In this document: positions 1 to 14,922 of the stretch, piece by piece | Layout of the letters: every line of letters begins with the position of its first letter | Numbering within the stretch: position 1 is the first letter of the stretch | Origin: Chrysomallon squamiferum | Lineage: Eukaryota > Animalia > Mollusca | Reading direction: 5' to 3' | DNA: 64,000 nt | Assembly (NCBI GenBank): GCA_012295275.1 | Contig: CM022667.1 | Span: 8,990,001 to 9,054,000 of the forward strand | Notes under the pieces: generated by a model | Database searches by the model: none | What the model was told of the DNA's origin: nothing | The model's input: the letters and a program-made list of their open reading frames with translations, nothing else | Made by a program: the position numbers and the translations under genes

Positions 1-1251
1 GAGATCATTTTACGAATCAAAGGATCTTCATTAAAAGCACTGAACGTAAAGCGAAGCTTAATATTTACATGATTTTTTACCTTTGTTTTTGTTTTATTTT
101 CTGTGTGTCCAGAAAGTATAACATTTCAAACGTCCTTCTGTCCCTCTCTGTTTTTTTTTTTTTTATCAGTTTGGTTTATTTATTTTATTTTCGTTATAAA
201 ATCAAGCTATGATTAATTTTTTTTTTCGATTAACAAATAGAAATAGCGATCTGTCTTTCTCGTTTTGTCTCTTTTGTTCTCTGTCTGTCTGTTTAACTTT
301 TAGCATATTTTTTATATGTTTCTACTCATAGTAATATAAATATTAATATTTATGACTATGTGCGCAAGTAGTCTCTAATGACTTTCGAACACACACACAC
401 ACAAATACACGCACACACACACAGGCACACAAACGCACACAACACATGAATACGCATATACATATACATATACTGAAAATTCTGAATGTGATCATTATTC
501 AGAATTTCATATGTTGCATCCACAGTTATAAACATTTATATAAGTTTACTTATCTAATGTATTTTTTAAATAATATGATTTAAGATATTTATTTATTAAT
601 TTATTTTTATCTATTAATTTATTTATTCAGTATTTACTTATCCATTTTCTATTGAATTACTAGCAGAACGCCAACTACAGTCCAATAACTTCATATCACA
701 AATTCACGCAACGGAAGTCAGGTTTTACGCTGTTAATCCAGATCACGTGATCTCTCTCCTTCATTTATCAAACGCCGACAATCTGGCGCACCTAGGACAC
801 GTGATAATTTTGATTAACCTCTTTCATTTAACTTCTTTGTACCTCTTCATTACCGCAGGAAATCAGATTTGCTTTCGTAACGAGTATTAATTAAGCTGTA
901 CCTGTGATGTCTGGCATTGTAAAGGAAAAAAAACCGTTAAGCGTTCGTTTGAAAGACGTTTTTTCATTAGGACTAGGAAAAAATCAAAATGATTGGTGTG
1001 AAAACTGCGGGGTTGAAGAGTTGCGGCCCGTTGCTTGTGCATCTGTTGTTAAGTGGGGTCGCTGGTAGTCAGTTTGTGTTCTGTTGTCAATTAGAAAAAA
1101 GAAAAACGACAACAACACTACAATAAGAATAAACCTAACATTCATGTGTATATATATATATTTATTTTCACACACGCACATACACACACAAATAGACAGT
1201 AATAAAGAAAGTAAAATTAAAACAACAGACAACAAATCTGTCTTCTAACAG

Positions 1252-1376
1252 GAGATACCCCAGCGTACTCGAGAAAGAAGGAAAGAAGAAGCTTTGATAT
1301 CACCTTGACAACGTTTGATTTTATGATATTTACAGATAAGCTGCTAAAATTACTGAATAAACCTTGCCAATCATGA
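1252..1376 (+). CDS. Candidate alternative terminal exon, phase 1 (DTPAYSRKKERRSFDITLTTFDFMIFTDKLLKLLNKPCQS*)
   Basis: Acceptor tctgtcttctaacag (AG 1250-1251). 40 open codons in phase 1, the same phase as the 1839 acceptor. AATAAA motifs nearby. No homology recognised. Confidence 0.25.
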
Positions 1377-1838
1377 TCAAACATAACAGCAACAACAACA
1401 CAACAACAATAGCCGCAGCAACCAATAGCAATAAATAATATAATATAATATAATATAATATAATATAATATAATATAATATAAACAAATAATATAATAGA
1501 ACAAATAAACAAACAAACAAACAGAGAACAAATGAACAAACAAAAAATCAAATTATAAATAAATAAATAAATAAATAAATAAAACTAAACAAAACAAAAC
1601 AAACTATACTGTAACACAAATTTTAAAAATCGCCAACCCCCCCCCCAACAACAAATATTAATTAGATTACATTGAACGTTTACACTCAATAACTGTTTCG
1701 ATATCTTTACTACATCTTTATGATCTTTCACTCTTGATCCTAAATTACTTTTAGAATCTTTTTTTTTTGTACTTAAATCTGTAAAGCGTGCTTCAAAGCT
1801 GTATTAATTTAAAGTTTATATCTTATTTGTTTTCACAG

Positions 1839-1918
1839 CAGCGGCTCAGAAACTGAAGAAAATTAACGCCATCCACGAAATGTTCAAACAGCCGTCTGTG
1901 ACACTGACTGAACAGGAG
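1839..1918 (+). CDS. Internal coding exon, phase 1 to 0 (AAQKLKKINAIHEMFKQPSVTLTEQE); possibly part of a long N-terminal extension of the IP3R-like gene
   Basis: Acceptor ttatttgttttcacag (tandem CAGCAG), donor GAG|gtgagt. Only one of three frames is open. Confidence 0.7.
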
Positions 1919-3804
1919 GTGAGTGTGTTTTTAAAAAAATATAATGATTTAATTGTTTATTTAAGATGTACATTTTTAAAGCAGTTTTCTTATAGCTTCA
2001 GTTAATTATGTGTGCATTTAAGTTAATTGATTCTTGTTAAAGTAAAAAAAGTACTAAACATGTTTTTCATACTTTTCAAGTTAATTCTGGTGTTTGAGCC
2101 TGGCGACCAGTGTTTTGCTAATAATAAAGTAACATACGCAAGCTGTACACTTTGAGAATGGATGCAGTCTGCATTGATCTATCATGTATAAATTATGTTT
2201 ATTTAATTAATTATTTTATTTTATTTTATTTTATTTATTTATGGATAATGAATTCCGAAAAATTAAGCAAAATAATCATGCAATATTACCATTCCCTCAG
2301 ACTGTTAGAAATTTTGCTTTTTATTTCTGCGTACGACATGACGTCACGACAAAGGTAAAAAAACCCCACCAATCTCCATGCTGTTTAAATTGCATCGTTA
2401 AAATTTATTACAGCAAAAACACTATGGAAAATAACAAAATGCCGACAAAACCAAAATGGCTGTTTGTTCTAACGATAAACAAAAAAATGCAAATATTGAA
2501 CTCTATGCACTAATATAAAATTGGTTGTCGTCTAGTGAAAGTGAACAAATGAACAGTTGATAAGCAGCAAACACGTGTGAATTTATTTCGTCATAGTTCG
2601 ACGTTTACTTTAGTTATCTGTTTACGTGTAACTGTTACAGTGAGTATCTTTGATATGTAGTGTACTTAGACATCTACCACTAAAGACGAACACGAAAAAA
2701 AAAAAAAAAAAAAATTAAAATGATTTTTTTTTTCTTTTTTTTTTCTAAATTTAATCAGTATATCTTTTCTTTCTCTTTATCCTTCTGTTTTATGTTTTCA
2801 ACGATCTGTTAAACGAACCAAATTTTTTTTTTTTTGTATTAGTTGTTGTTGTTTTCATAAGTTTACACGAAGTAGGAGCACGTGTTATTAATTATTGTGA
2901 AGTGCCGCAAACAACCACCAAGTACTTCTACTCACGGAAATTCATTTTCAAAAACGCGTAGCAAAACGTGAGAGCTTAGTGCCAAATACTGTTACCAGTG
3001 CTCTTCATGTCAGATATCGTTGGAAAACGGGAAAGTCGAGGGGCGGTTCCACATTTAATAATAACATTCTGTAAAAGGAAGTGTCTGATTTTCTATTCAT
3101 GTCATTGTCGTCGGTGTGATTAATATGGTTTTGTGCTGTTGTTGTAGTTTTATTGGTTTTATTTTTTTGAAGCATCATAATGCAGCGGGAGTTAAAATCA
3201 CCAGTTTTTTATTTTCTTGTTATTTTATTGGATCAGACACTGAGAATTACGCACAGAATATATATATATATATATTTATGATTTTAATCAGTAAAATATT
3301 CACGTGTTGTGAAGGTGTGTACATTAGTCATAACTGTAGTTTCAGACAAATTCTTAGGAAATTCTTTCCGATTAATTATTTCAAAATGTACATACGTATG
3401 TTGTATGTCCCAGATTTGAGAAGACTATAATCATTTGCTAACCTAAATGTCTGAAATTATTTCGTTAGTTTTGTTTTTTTTAAATTCTTAATTCAGACTG
3501 TTTGAAGAGAGGCTTTTTTTTATATATATAATGTTGGAATATCAAAACAGAAAAAGTTTAAGAGAATATATATATATGTACTGATAGAAAAAGCGGAAAT
3601 AAGAATGAAACGAAAAATTAAGGAAATTGGAAAGGAGACAGAAAAGCAAACAGAAAAAAAAAAAAGAAAGAAAAAGAAGAAAAAAAAAGCGATATAAAAC
3701 AAGAAAAAAGGAAGACAGAGAACCGCGTATTATATATGAATGTCTGTCTGTCCTGTATTTTTTGTTTGTAACTTAGACAAAGAGACAATGAGAGGCTGAA
3801 TTTG

Positions 3805-3833
3805 TGAGAGAGAGAGAGAGAGAGACAGAGTAT

Positions 3834-3931
<98 letters not shown>

Positions 3932-3934
3932 TAT

Positions 3935-4022
<88 letters not shown>
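3805..4022. repeat. (AG)n microsatellite, interrupted twice by GAGTATGAAA
   Basis: Seen directly. One of many (AG/TC)n tracts (also ~11604, 14399, 19691, 21893, 30122, 40585, 49190, 52042, 57092). Confidence 0.95.
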
Positions 4023-4024
<2 letters not shown>

Positions 4025-4242
4025 CAGATGATGAGAGATACTATGTTTGTACGAGAGCTTCCTGTAAAAGCATTTTCGAGTTTCTTCTCTTTGTATTATG
4101 ATTTAAAACAGTATATAATTTAGTAACTGATTTTAATTTCTTCTTTCTTCATTTCACCCTTCATTCTTTTATTCTATAATCACTCAAAAATTAATTGAAA
4201 ATACTCGCTTCAATATAAGTTACAACTTTATAAATATAAAAG

Positions 4243-4278
<36 letters not shown>

Positions 4279-4553
4279 AAAGAGCGAAAACAAATTTATG
4301 AAGATTGGTTCACCCGTAAAGAGCCTCACTAACAGATTTGATAACAAAACAAGGTTTAACGTGTCAGGTGTAATGAAAAACAGGAGATGAATACCTGGCA
4401 ATAAACCTTTGTTTGAAACACTGATCATTTTGGCACGAAACTTCACTACAGCGAAATAACTTTTAATGTTCGATCTTTCTTCACATTTCCATTGATATCC
4501 ACTGAAATAGATATCTATATAAAAATACCTGACGTTTGTTTTTTCTACATAAC

Positions 4554-4620
<67 letters not shown>

Positions 4621-4949
4621 CACCATCACATATGTATATTAGTTTCAGATTTGATTAAGGACGAAATTAACCGAATAGTTCCGAAAGGCAAAATGACGTC
4701 AACAATAGATTGACGTAACAGTAGAAATCAAAATCATTGTGTTTGGGATTTTTAGTCGCTGCAAAGTCTTGTCCTTTCGGCTAAAAGATTTTAATTTGCA
4801 AGTATTTATTTATTTATTTATTTATTAATATATTTGTTTTATTTATTTATTTATTTACTTTTGTTATTGATATAGTTCTATTATTATCGTTGTTATTCAA
4901 ATGATCACTCAACTGGCCAGTTCTTTTTAATTAAGAATGATAATATTAA

Positions 4950-5015
<66 letters not shown>

Positions 5016-5399
5016 AAGAAGAAAATAAGAAAAAAAACAAATAAATAACCCCTCCCAAATCACCCACACCCACACCTACACTCACACACACCCTCAACCC
5101 GCCCTAAAAAAACACCCAGACAAAACAAATAATAAACAAAAACAACAACAACAATAACAGCAAAAACAAAGAAAAAAAAAATCCATCCCAAAAAGAGTGA
5201 AGAAAAGAAAAACAAATGAATCTCTGTTCAGTGCTGGCTCTAAGGAATGCATCTCGGTTAATATCAAAATAACTATCTGTGAATATTTTGAATATCTGTG
5301 CTGTATTTTCGTAACAGCAACACTTTTTAGATAGCATGTGAAACCAGTTACTTCGGAAGAAAGATAAATGCATTCAAGTCATTAAAGGTATATTTCCAG

Positions 5400-5433
<34 letters not shown>

Positions 5434-5835
5434 AATTTTTTATTAGTGTAACATTTTTGCTTTATTTAATATACTTTGACGAATATAACAATTGTGATAA
5501 ATACTGTAATATTCGTCTCTGTTTTTCTGGTCTAATACCAGAGCAACGGGAGAAACTAGAGGTCAGAAATGTTGACAAATACGAACACGTGTTACGAAAG
5601 CTTCCGAACAGCATAAACAACAAATCGACTGGTTTCAACTCTGTTATGTTACAAGTGGAGATTACCGCCGCGCGACAATGTCAACAGCGTAATGTGGCAA
5701 TACTACCAGTCAGGGTTTCACACCAGGGTTTAGAAATTCTATACGCCTGTGATTATTACTGTGATCAAATTGCTATCATTCTTTTGACGAAAACAGTTTA
5801 TTCAAGTTGTTTTAATAACTTGGTGCTTTCGTTAA

Positions 5836-5906
<71 letters not shown>

Positions 5907-7949
5907 GTGGTGTGAGGGAGAGAGAGAGGAAAAAGAGAGAGAAAGAGAGCGTGTATAACAATACGTAAAAATGTAGGTATATGTATGTTTCTGTGTGCGT
6001 GTGTGTGTTTACGCGTGTGAATTTCAGTAAGTAAATTTATCTCATAATGAAAAAAAAACCTGATCAAACTGCAGGGAATGTCTTCTTCGATATCAGTCAA
6101 GAGGAAGAAAAAAGTCAAGCAATTTGCTTTTAAAAGCATTTCAAGATATGCGAAAACCGATACATTCACGAGTATCACAATCTGATGCACGTTTAGTATA
6201 TATATATAAAAAAAAGTAATTAGGTATCAGTTTGTGCGCTCCAGTCTAACAAAATCAATTAGTACGGTGATAGGTGGCACACGATAACACCGACACGCTA
6301 TACCCCCCCCACGTCACCTGCTCTCGTGCGCACGTGCAAACAAAATTTCAATGTCGGTTAAAAAAAAAAAAAAAAAAAATGAAAAGAAAAGAAAACTACT
6401 TTCTGGTTTTTGTTTTTCGGTGTGTCTAATGAAGTTATTAAATTATAAAATAAATCACGAACATGGTAATACTGATAATGCTAATAATGATGATGATGAT
6501 GATGATAATGATAACAACAACAATAATAATAGAAATGATGATTATGATAACAATAATAATCACAATAATATCATCATATTGTTTAATAGTGATGGTGTTG
6601 AATATTTATGCATGTATATAAGCATTCTCTGTATATATCAGTTTGTCTGTCGGTCTGTCAGTATGTATACATTATGCATGTATGTACGTATATATGTATA
6701 TCTGTAAATTCGTATATTTATTACACATTTTTATTTATATCAAATGATTCTAGATATATTTTTGATTGATTCAGAATCTGAACACAATCCACAAATATTC
6801 GGAAATTCGATATTTCGTATTTTGTTCAAATTTTAGTTATTAACCTCCCAAGAAGCAGACATTGTCTGTGAAAAAAAAAATATATATATAAAAAAAGAAT
6901 TCACTTTCAAATTTCTGAACGTATTTGTAAACATTATGTTGATTAAGAAAAACAAAAACTGGCGTAATGATTAATTGCATGTCTTCCTCACCCATTAATT
7001 TATTTTAAAATTATCAGGGACGAGTTCATTTTTAAAATTTTATTTGTTGTTTTATCCTTGAATTTAAAGAAGAGATCAAAGTGTTTTAATCTTTTAGTTG
7101 GAAAAAAAATATTGTTTTCTTTGTGTAATGTCATTTTTTTTTTTTTTTTTTTTTATTAAGAATTCTTTAAGTGATAAATGAATTGAAATTATCATCTTTC
7201 TATCTGTTTCGCTTTTGTGTAGATTTTAGTTTTCTTTGAGTACAGCCACGGAATAATAAACAACATTAAAAATGCTTTAAAAATCTGCAGTTATAAATTT
7301 ACTACGTCATATAATGAAAAACATGAATTTGCTCTTATTATAATTATTACTTTTCTTCCTGAAAAAAAAAAAATAATAATAATAATAATAAAAAAAAAAA
7401 AAAAATAAATAAATAAATAAATAAATAAATTGAATAAAAATAAAATAAAATAAAATAAAACAAAACAAACAAAAAATAAAGTTATAAAAGTATTTGAATT
7501 GGTACCTTTTACACTCGTAATTACATTCGTATTGTAAGAGAGAAAAATATAATAATATTTGAATTTATAACATCTAATACTGTTAAAAATGTGTACCTTT
7601 ATATAATAATCCCAGATGAGTAACAAAATGAAAGAAAAAGAAAATAATGCACTACACCTCATAATTTATCTACAGTAATTACGATTCTCCATAAGAACAA
7701 AAAGATAAACTGAATTTTTAACTTATCAACTCATTGTTATTTTTCACTTAAATCTCATCGTTACAACAGGAAAAAAAAAAAAAAAAAAAAAAAAAACACC
7801 CGATAAAACTGTTTGATAAATACATATCAAGTAGTCATTACACACGTCATGAAAAGGAAGAAAATAACGAATTAGAATTTGTATCGTTTCCACCACCACA
7901 ATCTCGCTCGCAGCATAAAAAAGAACGAGATAAAAATGACAACTGAAAG

Positions 7950-8151
7950 CGGAACAGAAAACAGCGGCTCGGAATCCGCCGTTTTAGCGCGTTCATTCAG
8001 ACGCAGATTTGTCCGTCTGCCAGTTCCACGTGCTGCTCGTTTGTCCGTCTGCTTCGCGCGCGGGATCGCGATGTCGCGTTGTTGTGAACAGCACGCGCGG
8101 CAATGAACACGTGGAGTTTACCGCTGCTTGACGCCGTGAGACGCCCACCAG
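7950..8151 (+). promoter_or_regulatory. CpG-rich promoter-like region upstream of the 8152 exon, with a CTCF-like motif and two E-boxes
   Basis: Local CpG/GC excess (cttcgcgcgcgggatcgcg). CACGTG at 8027 and 8108. CCACCAGATGGCAGC at 8145-8159. Confidence 0.5.
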
Positions 8152-8235
8152 ATGGCAGCTCTGTGGATTAAGCCGAAATCTACGGAAGATTACGATTTGG
8201 AGGATAGTTCGCTGAAATGGTTCTTTTGCAGAAGC
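8152..8235 (+). CDS. Candidate alternative first coding exon (MAALWIKPKSTEDYDLEDSSLKWFFCRS), phase 0
   Basis: ATG at 8152, 28 open codons, donor AGC|gtaagt, CpG-rich upstream region. Confidence 0.6.
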
Positions 8236-8430
8236 GTAAGTACTTTTGATAAATTATGAAGTTTAGTTTTATTTTTTTTTTTATTTTTTTTTTTTTTTTT
8301 TTTCAAATTGTTTCGTATGTTGAAATATAAGAATGAAAGTAAGGACTGAAGTGAAATACGTTCTTGAGGAAGGCAGATTTCTTAATAAAACGATTATTAT
8401 TATTTTAAAATGGTGAAAAAATATTTTTCA

Positions 8431-8473
<43 letters not shown>

Positions 8474-9109
8474 GAAGAAGAAAATATAAACACGCCAAAA
8501 ATTAACTGTATCCCATTCCTTAACCATCCCTTGGCACCGGTCCTGTATCTGTAACACACACAGCGATTAACAGGACCCACGAGACACCGTGCCGAACCGA
8601 AATCAACCGTAACAATCAGATGTTGAGTACATTAACTTATCAGACATCTCCGGCTACATACAGACAGATACACGCCAGAAATTAATTTTAGTTCACTACG
8701 TGCAACTTTAATTTTGATTTTTAAACTTTATTTTTAAACTTATCTTTATAACAACTTATGCGAAAATATATCATTATCTTTCTTTCTCTTTGACAAAAAC
8801 AGTTTTGTTTTTTAAATGATGTTAAATACATAAAGTAAAAAATCTTTAAAATATTTTAAATGGTTTGAACGTCTGTGGCTTATTAAAACTATATTTGATC
8901 AATCTTTCTTATTTGAATATGTAATTATTTTCGTATAAGGTAATTAATTATCGATTACTGTAGATATATATATATATATTCTCCTTACTGTGAGAAGTAA
9001 ATATAGATTATTGATGAATTTTATAATAGCATACTTTCACACACGTACATACGTACGTACGTAACTGTTTAGCTATCTTCCTACATACATATAAACATAC
9101 ATATCGAGG

Positions 9110-9250
9110 TACGCCTTTGGACTGCAGGATGCCCCACGTTCGAGTCTCGTCAGCGGATTCTAACGTTTATTAGGTCGTGCTTAGACTTTGTCCTACAAAG
9201 ACAGTTTGTTCTTTAGTAGCGTGTAAATGCAGTCTAATCAGACATAATTT
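9110..9250 (+). mobile_element. tRNA-derived SINE-like fragment
   Basis: B-box-like GTTCGAGTC in ggactgcaggatgccccacgttcgagtctcgtcagcgg. No complete cloverleaf visible. Confidence 0.4.
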
Positions 9251-9575
9251 AATACAAGAGAATGTTCATTCTTAAAAATGTAAATAATAGTCTATCGCCA
9301 TTATCGTCGTCGTCATCATCATCATCATCCTCATCATCTTTATTGTCGTCGTCATGCTGTTTGCTGACCTTTTTTGTTACTTTGTAATTAAATTAATTTC
9401 AGTCTGCTACGTCATTGTTTTCATACACGGTGAATCTGATTTACCCATCACACTAGGACAATGACTTTGGTTGGGAACAGTGACGTTATTCTACTGTTGA
9501 CGTCATTTGGTCGTTCGGAACTATTCGTTATGTTTCGTGTTTTATTGATTCTGAGACTGTTAAACTGTTAAACAG

Positions 9576-9640
<65 letters not shown>

Positions 9641-10706
9641 AATAAATAAATAAATAAATTAATAAGTAAATAAATAGAAAAAATCCTTTGTCTATTGTAA
9701 ATTATATTAAAAAGAGAATTTATATTGGCTATCTTTTTATTATTATTATTTTTAAACTATCCTAAACAATCAAATATGCATCCTTCATTCTGTTTCACTC
9801 GAATTGTTGAACCGCTGTTAAAAAAAAAAAAAAATTACCACTTAATAAGAAAAGTAACGAACGTAACCTCATTGTTGACATATCTAAAATGTTTTGCAAC
9901 ATAAGAACAATGAAATAAAACCGTTCCTTTCTTTCTTTGTTTAAAATGTTTTGGTATGTAAAGTAAAACTATTCTACTCTTTTGCTGGCGCCATACAAAT
10001 TTAAACAAGTAATTGTAGTTTTCTTTAAGGCGCTTGTATGAGTAAGAGTTGATGGTTTCTAGGATGTATTTTTAACACGGTCATCTACACTGTCAAATAC
10101 TTGGTAACACAAATACTATATAACATGTCTGGGTGTCTGTTTGTTTGTCTCTAATTTCTGTTTCTCTCTCATTCTTTCGCTCTGGCATCTCTTCTCTTCT
10201 CTTCAAAACACCAACACAGAGAGAAAAAAACTGAATAATTGAAATAATCAAATACAGTTTTTTTTACTACACTGACCTTTGGCCTTGTGAACTGAACAAA
10301 TAGTTTACTACGTAACCTGCTGCTGGTATGAAAATGAAGGTAATTTCAGCGAGAGACGTTTTTAAAAAACACACTTGTTTTGTAATCAGTTACAAGTAGC
10401 CAGCGGTGTGAGTGTGTGTGAGCGTTCAACTGTTTCAAACATGTTTGCGTTTACTGAGGGGTGGGGGACCTTTGTCGTGATGAAAACATACGCACACATA
10501 CGCACGCACACGCACACACACAGAGACACACACATATATACACACATTACAGACAGACAGACACACACACACACACACATATACATATGTATATATATGT
10601 GTGTGTCTTATTTTATACATACACCCACAAAAAACTTTCTTTATGACATTACACATAACCACCGCCACTAGGACGCGAACTGATTTCCTTCTAGTCCACT
10701 TGTAGT

Positions 10707-10878
10707 TCAATGTTTATAGTTCTCTACTGAAGCATAACAGGCAGCAGGATCAATCCTCTCAATGGGATCCAGTGAAGTTAATCTTTCGTTCCAGCCAGGA
10801 CCCCTCCACTGGTTTATCAAAAGTCGTTCTACCTGCTTTCTTGTCTGTATTAAAGCACGCATATCATCTCTGATGCTG
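10707..10878 (-). other. Candidate terminal exon of an antisense transcript
   Basis: Minus-strand acceptor ctacttccttgttttcag|CAG. Phase 0 gives QHQR*; another frame reads SIRDDMRALIQTRKQVERLL...NYKH* to 10707. Confidence 0.3.
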
Positions 10879-11076
10879 CTGAAAACAAGGAAGTAGTAGC
10901 TGTGGCGGGTTTCTCCTCTGTTTTTTGGCTCATAGCGATAAGTATAAGTATCAACAGTTGTAAAAGTTCGTCTGACAAGTCTCCGAAAATTACGTGAAAT
11001 TAACAGCAGAAAATTCAACAGTTTTAGAAAAGATTAGAAAACATGTTGGGAATCTTGTTAAATATAACATTCTTAC

Positions 11077-11184
11077 TTTTCCTTCCGGTTGTCTGCCAGG
11101 GTTAAGTATGTCTGAAGTGTCTGTGAAGTTAGTCAACCGAGAAACCTCGTTCTCGTTACGATAAAGTGAAGTCGGTTGTGTAAG
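11077..11184 (-). CDS. Candidate antisense internal exon, phase 0-0 (LTQPTSLYRNENEVSRLTNFTDTSDILNPGRQPEGK)
   Basis: Acceptor tgtttttaacag, donor AAA|gtaaga, 108 nt open in phase 0. Confidence 0.35.
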
Positions 11185-11600
11185 CTGTTAAAAACATTCA
11201 GAGTTGTGTTTTAATTAGCGATTCGTTTCTTCCACTTGTTTGTATGGCAGACTGATGATGGTTGAAGAGGAATTTTGTTGTTGTTGTTGCTGCTGCTGTT
11301 GTTGTTGTGTGTGCGTGTTTTAGTGGATAATGAAAAACAGGATGAAGAATTTTAAGTGTAAATTATGAACGAACGTTAGTTTGAGTAAGTGGAGTTTGAT
11401 GAATGGAGAACGGATGGATAGAGGGAAGGAGGAAGGAATAAATGGATAGGTATGGATTAAAGGAATGAACGAGATGGATAGATGAAGATTGTAGTAAAGG
11501 TATGAGGAGGTACTTTTAACTGAACGATTATGAAAGAATAGGATGCGAGATGGTGGATGACGAAGCGAATAATAGTAGTGGATATTAATAAAAACAGATT

Positions 11601-11664
<64 letters not shown>

Positions 11665-12304
11665 GGTGTTTGAAATTCATTTACTTCGAAATTCACTACC
11701 ATTTAACAAACATATAATTAATAAGTGAAAGTATTAAAAACAGAAAACAAATACTTAAACAGTTAAAGAGTAGATTATGAAGATTCTTTACGAAAGAAAG
11801 AGGAAGCTAACATCTCAACAGTCGATCTAAATAACGACTTGAGATTAAATAACCAAAGGCCATACAACAACAACAAAAAAAAACCAACACACACTCAGAG
11901 AAACATTCTTCACACAGTAAGTGTTTTGTCTGTCAGAGCTAACTGCTGATACGTAACAATGGATATCGGAATGCATGTCAGACTCGCTGACTAGCACGTG
12001 CACAAACAGTAAATTCTCACACGTGTAATACGAGGTGTGTTTATTACGGGATGCACGCGGTTCGTGTTGTGTTTATTAAACAGTAAGATATTAAAACAGG
12101 CGAAGATCGGCAACAGAAACTCGCTGATAAACTAAATAAATTGAACTCAGCTTGCAAGGAATCAGATCATTCAGATTCTCGAGATAATGACGATGAGAAT
12201 AAACCGGAGTAACTGTAAAAATGGAGATTATATATTCTTGCATTTCTGTTTTTGGCTGCTTATCGAGGAAAAAAAAAATTTAAAAATAAATTTTAAAATA
12301 AAAG

Positions 12305-12337
<33 letters not shown>

Positions 12338-12829
12338 TGGGCAACTTGAAATGAAATCTATTGCTGTTTAGACTTTATTCTTGCATATCCATTAAAAAAA
12401 AAAAAAAAAAAATTTATCATGAAAAAGGAAGAAAATTATAGTAATGGATGACATCACCCCTTACTGTTTTTAAGTACGAAAGCGATACTGTCAGTTTTAC
12501 ATGAACGTCATATAATAGTAATATAAAACAGTTGTGTAATTATTTGTGCTTTTTTTCAGAGAAAATCTTAAGCATCCACAGACAGAGGTGTATATAGCAC
12601 GAGTCTGAACCACAGTAAATTACTTAATGTTATTATTAATTTACCTAATTGGTAGCATGGATATAAACGAAAAAGCATATTTCATATTACTGTCGACATT
12701 TTATTTACATTACTGAATGCGATAGAAGATAATAAAAGTATATAATTTCAAAAGTGCGAGTGTATATTAAAATTCAAATGACGTTAAAAAATGATTTATT
12801 TTATTCAAAGGGCAAAGGTAAATGAAAGA

Positions 12830-13200
12830 GTATAAATTATGACGTTGCTTTGTTGACGTTTCCTTATAACCATTCAAAGAACAGGTATAAATAAAACATT
12901 TATGACGTCACGCTACCGTAGTTTATAATACTGAACGCTTTGTTTGGAATGAAAAACACTTATGATATGCGTTACTGTTTTATTTACATCAATAAAAGTG
13001 TTGATGCTAATTATTATTATTTTATTTACACTGCTTAAAGCGTTGTGACTGACAGTGTTTATGACGTCACATTATTGATTTTTTACACTATTTAAAGCGT
13101 TGTGAACGAAAACGTTTGTGACGTCACCTTATTGTTTTATTTGTACCACTTACAGAGTTGTGAATGAAAACACTTTTTTTTTTTACGTCACGTTATTATC
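12830..13200. repeat. Degenerate ~60-bp tandem repeat carrying TGACGTCA (CRE) motifs
   Basis: Recurring aaagcgttgtga...tttatgacgtcac..ttattg. Perfect CREs at 12903, 13062 and 13119. Confidence 0.7.
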
Positions 13201-13535
13201 ACTATTTCCTTTTTTTCTTCTCTTTCGTAAATTGGACCCGATCACTTACGTCAGCTAATTATCATATTCACAGGCCAGTGTCTCGTTCTTTGCTACGAGT
13301 TTACCCCACGGATTAAGAGATTAGTATTTTCCCCGTCTTCCAGGATTAACTCAGCTTTTCTGCATTAGTGAGTAATCCTGTTTCCTTCGGTACCAATTAC
13401 AAACACAAAGAAAAAACAAGAAGCCGTTAAATATTCCAGACGCTATAGAGTTTTAATGAAACTAAGACCTTAAAAACAGAAACAGTTGTAACAAACACAA
13501 CAGCATTAATGACGATGACAAAATAAAACATAATA

Positions 13536-13607
<72 letters not shown>

Positions 13608-14258
13608 GTAGTAGTAGTAGTAGTAGCAGCAGCAGCAGCAGTAGTAATAGTAGTAATAATAACAACATTTATAATAATAATGATAATAATAATAGTAATA
13701 ATAATAATAGTAGTAGTAGTAGTAGTAGCAGTAGTAGCAGTGGTAATAGTAGTAGCTGTAGTAGTATTAATACTAATTTTAATATACTGCTACTACTACT
13801 AAAACTACCGCTACTAGACAGATGCAGTTGTCAGTTAAGTACGGTTCAGTTTAGAAATCTTACAACGATGAAGATAATTTCTGAAACAGAGCTGATGAAA
13901 ACAATTGTAAACATTTTTGACAGAACTGTATAACAACATTAATACAGAATTATCACGAAAGACACACACGAAGCAGAAAGTCACATCTGACAGAGTAAAT
14001 CACAGGATTACTCAAAGCTGAACAGAATAAGGATAAAAAATACGAAAATGAAGAAAAAGAAAAAAATCGCGGACAGACGCACGTCACTGATAATTTCTGC
14101 ACTAGTCGGTGTTAAAGTACATGTGTACTAACTCCGTTCTTCTCTCAGATTCGTTACGCCCATATTTTCAGCTACGCGCCAAATTGTCAGTGCAGATAAT
14201 CATAACCATGTTACGTCGTATTGAAAACACGCGTCACTTGGCCATGCAACCAAAGATT

Positions 14259-14374
14259 CCGAAAATGTAACCGAAAAATAACGAAATACTGAAGGTTTAA
14301 CGGAAAACACCGAAACCTAACGAAACTTCGAAAAAATAACGGAAAGGACCGAAAAATAACGAAACACCGAAAAC
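14259..14374. repeat. Degenerate repeat of (C/A)CGAAA spaced ~10 bp apart
   Basis: ccgaaaaataacgaaa...ccgaaacctaacgaaa...ccgaaaaataacgaaacaccgaaaac. Confidence 0.7.
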
Positions 14375-14395
14375 GTGTATGGTAAAGTGATGAAA

Positions 14396-14508
<113 letters not shown>

Positions 14509-14881
14509 TACATTATGTACATGGTGACTAATAATTCTGGATGAATCATGGATAGGTAGGTGAAAGATGAACAGGGAGTCAGATATTTCATTTTTATTTT
14601 TATAGAAAATATCTAGAGAGTATCATTTTGAAAATTTACTTTACGCAAAAGAGCTTAATGTTATACAGAGTTATTTCCCTTTATGTACAAGGCACAACCA
14701 TTATGAACATATTTAAATTTTAGTATCATTTTTCAAATACATACATGCATACATACATACATACATACATACACATATAGATAGATAGATAGATAGATAG
14801 ATATAGATATAGATATACTTGCACATACAGTCATGTACAGATACATACAAGCATACACCTATAGATACATACATACAGATA

Positions 14882-14922
<41 letters not shown>

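Noticed and set aside
9110-9170. tRNA gene
   Set aside because: A B-box-like motif is present but there is no acceptor stem or cloverleaf; better explained as a SINE remnant.
12560-12587. Exon candidate ttttttcag|...GAG|gtgtat
   Set aside because: Weak donor, 28-nt length and a stop in phase 0.
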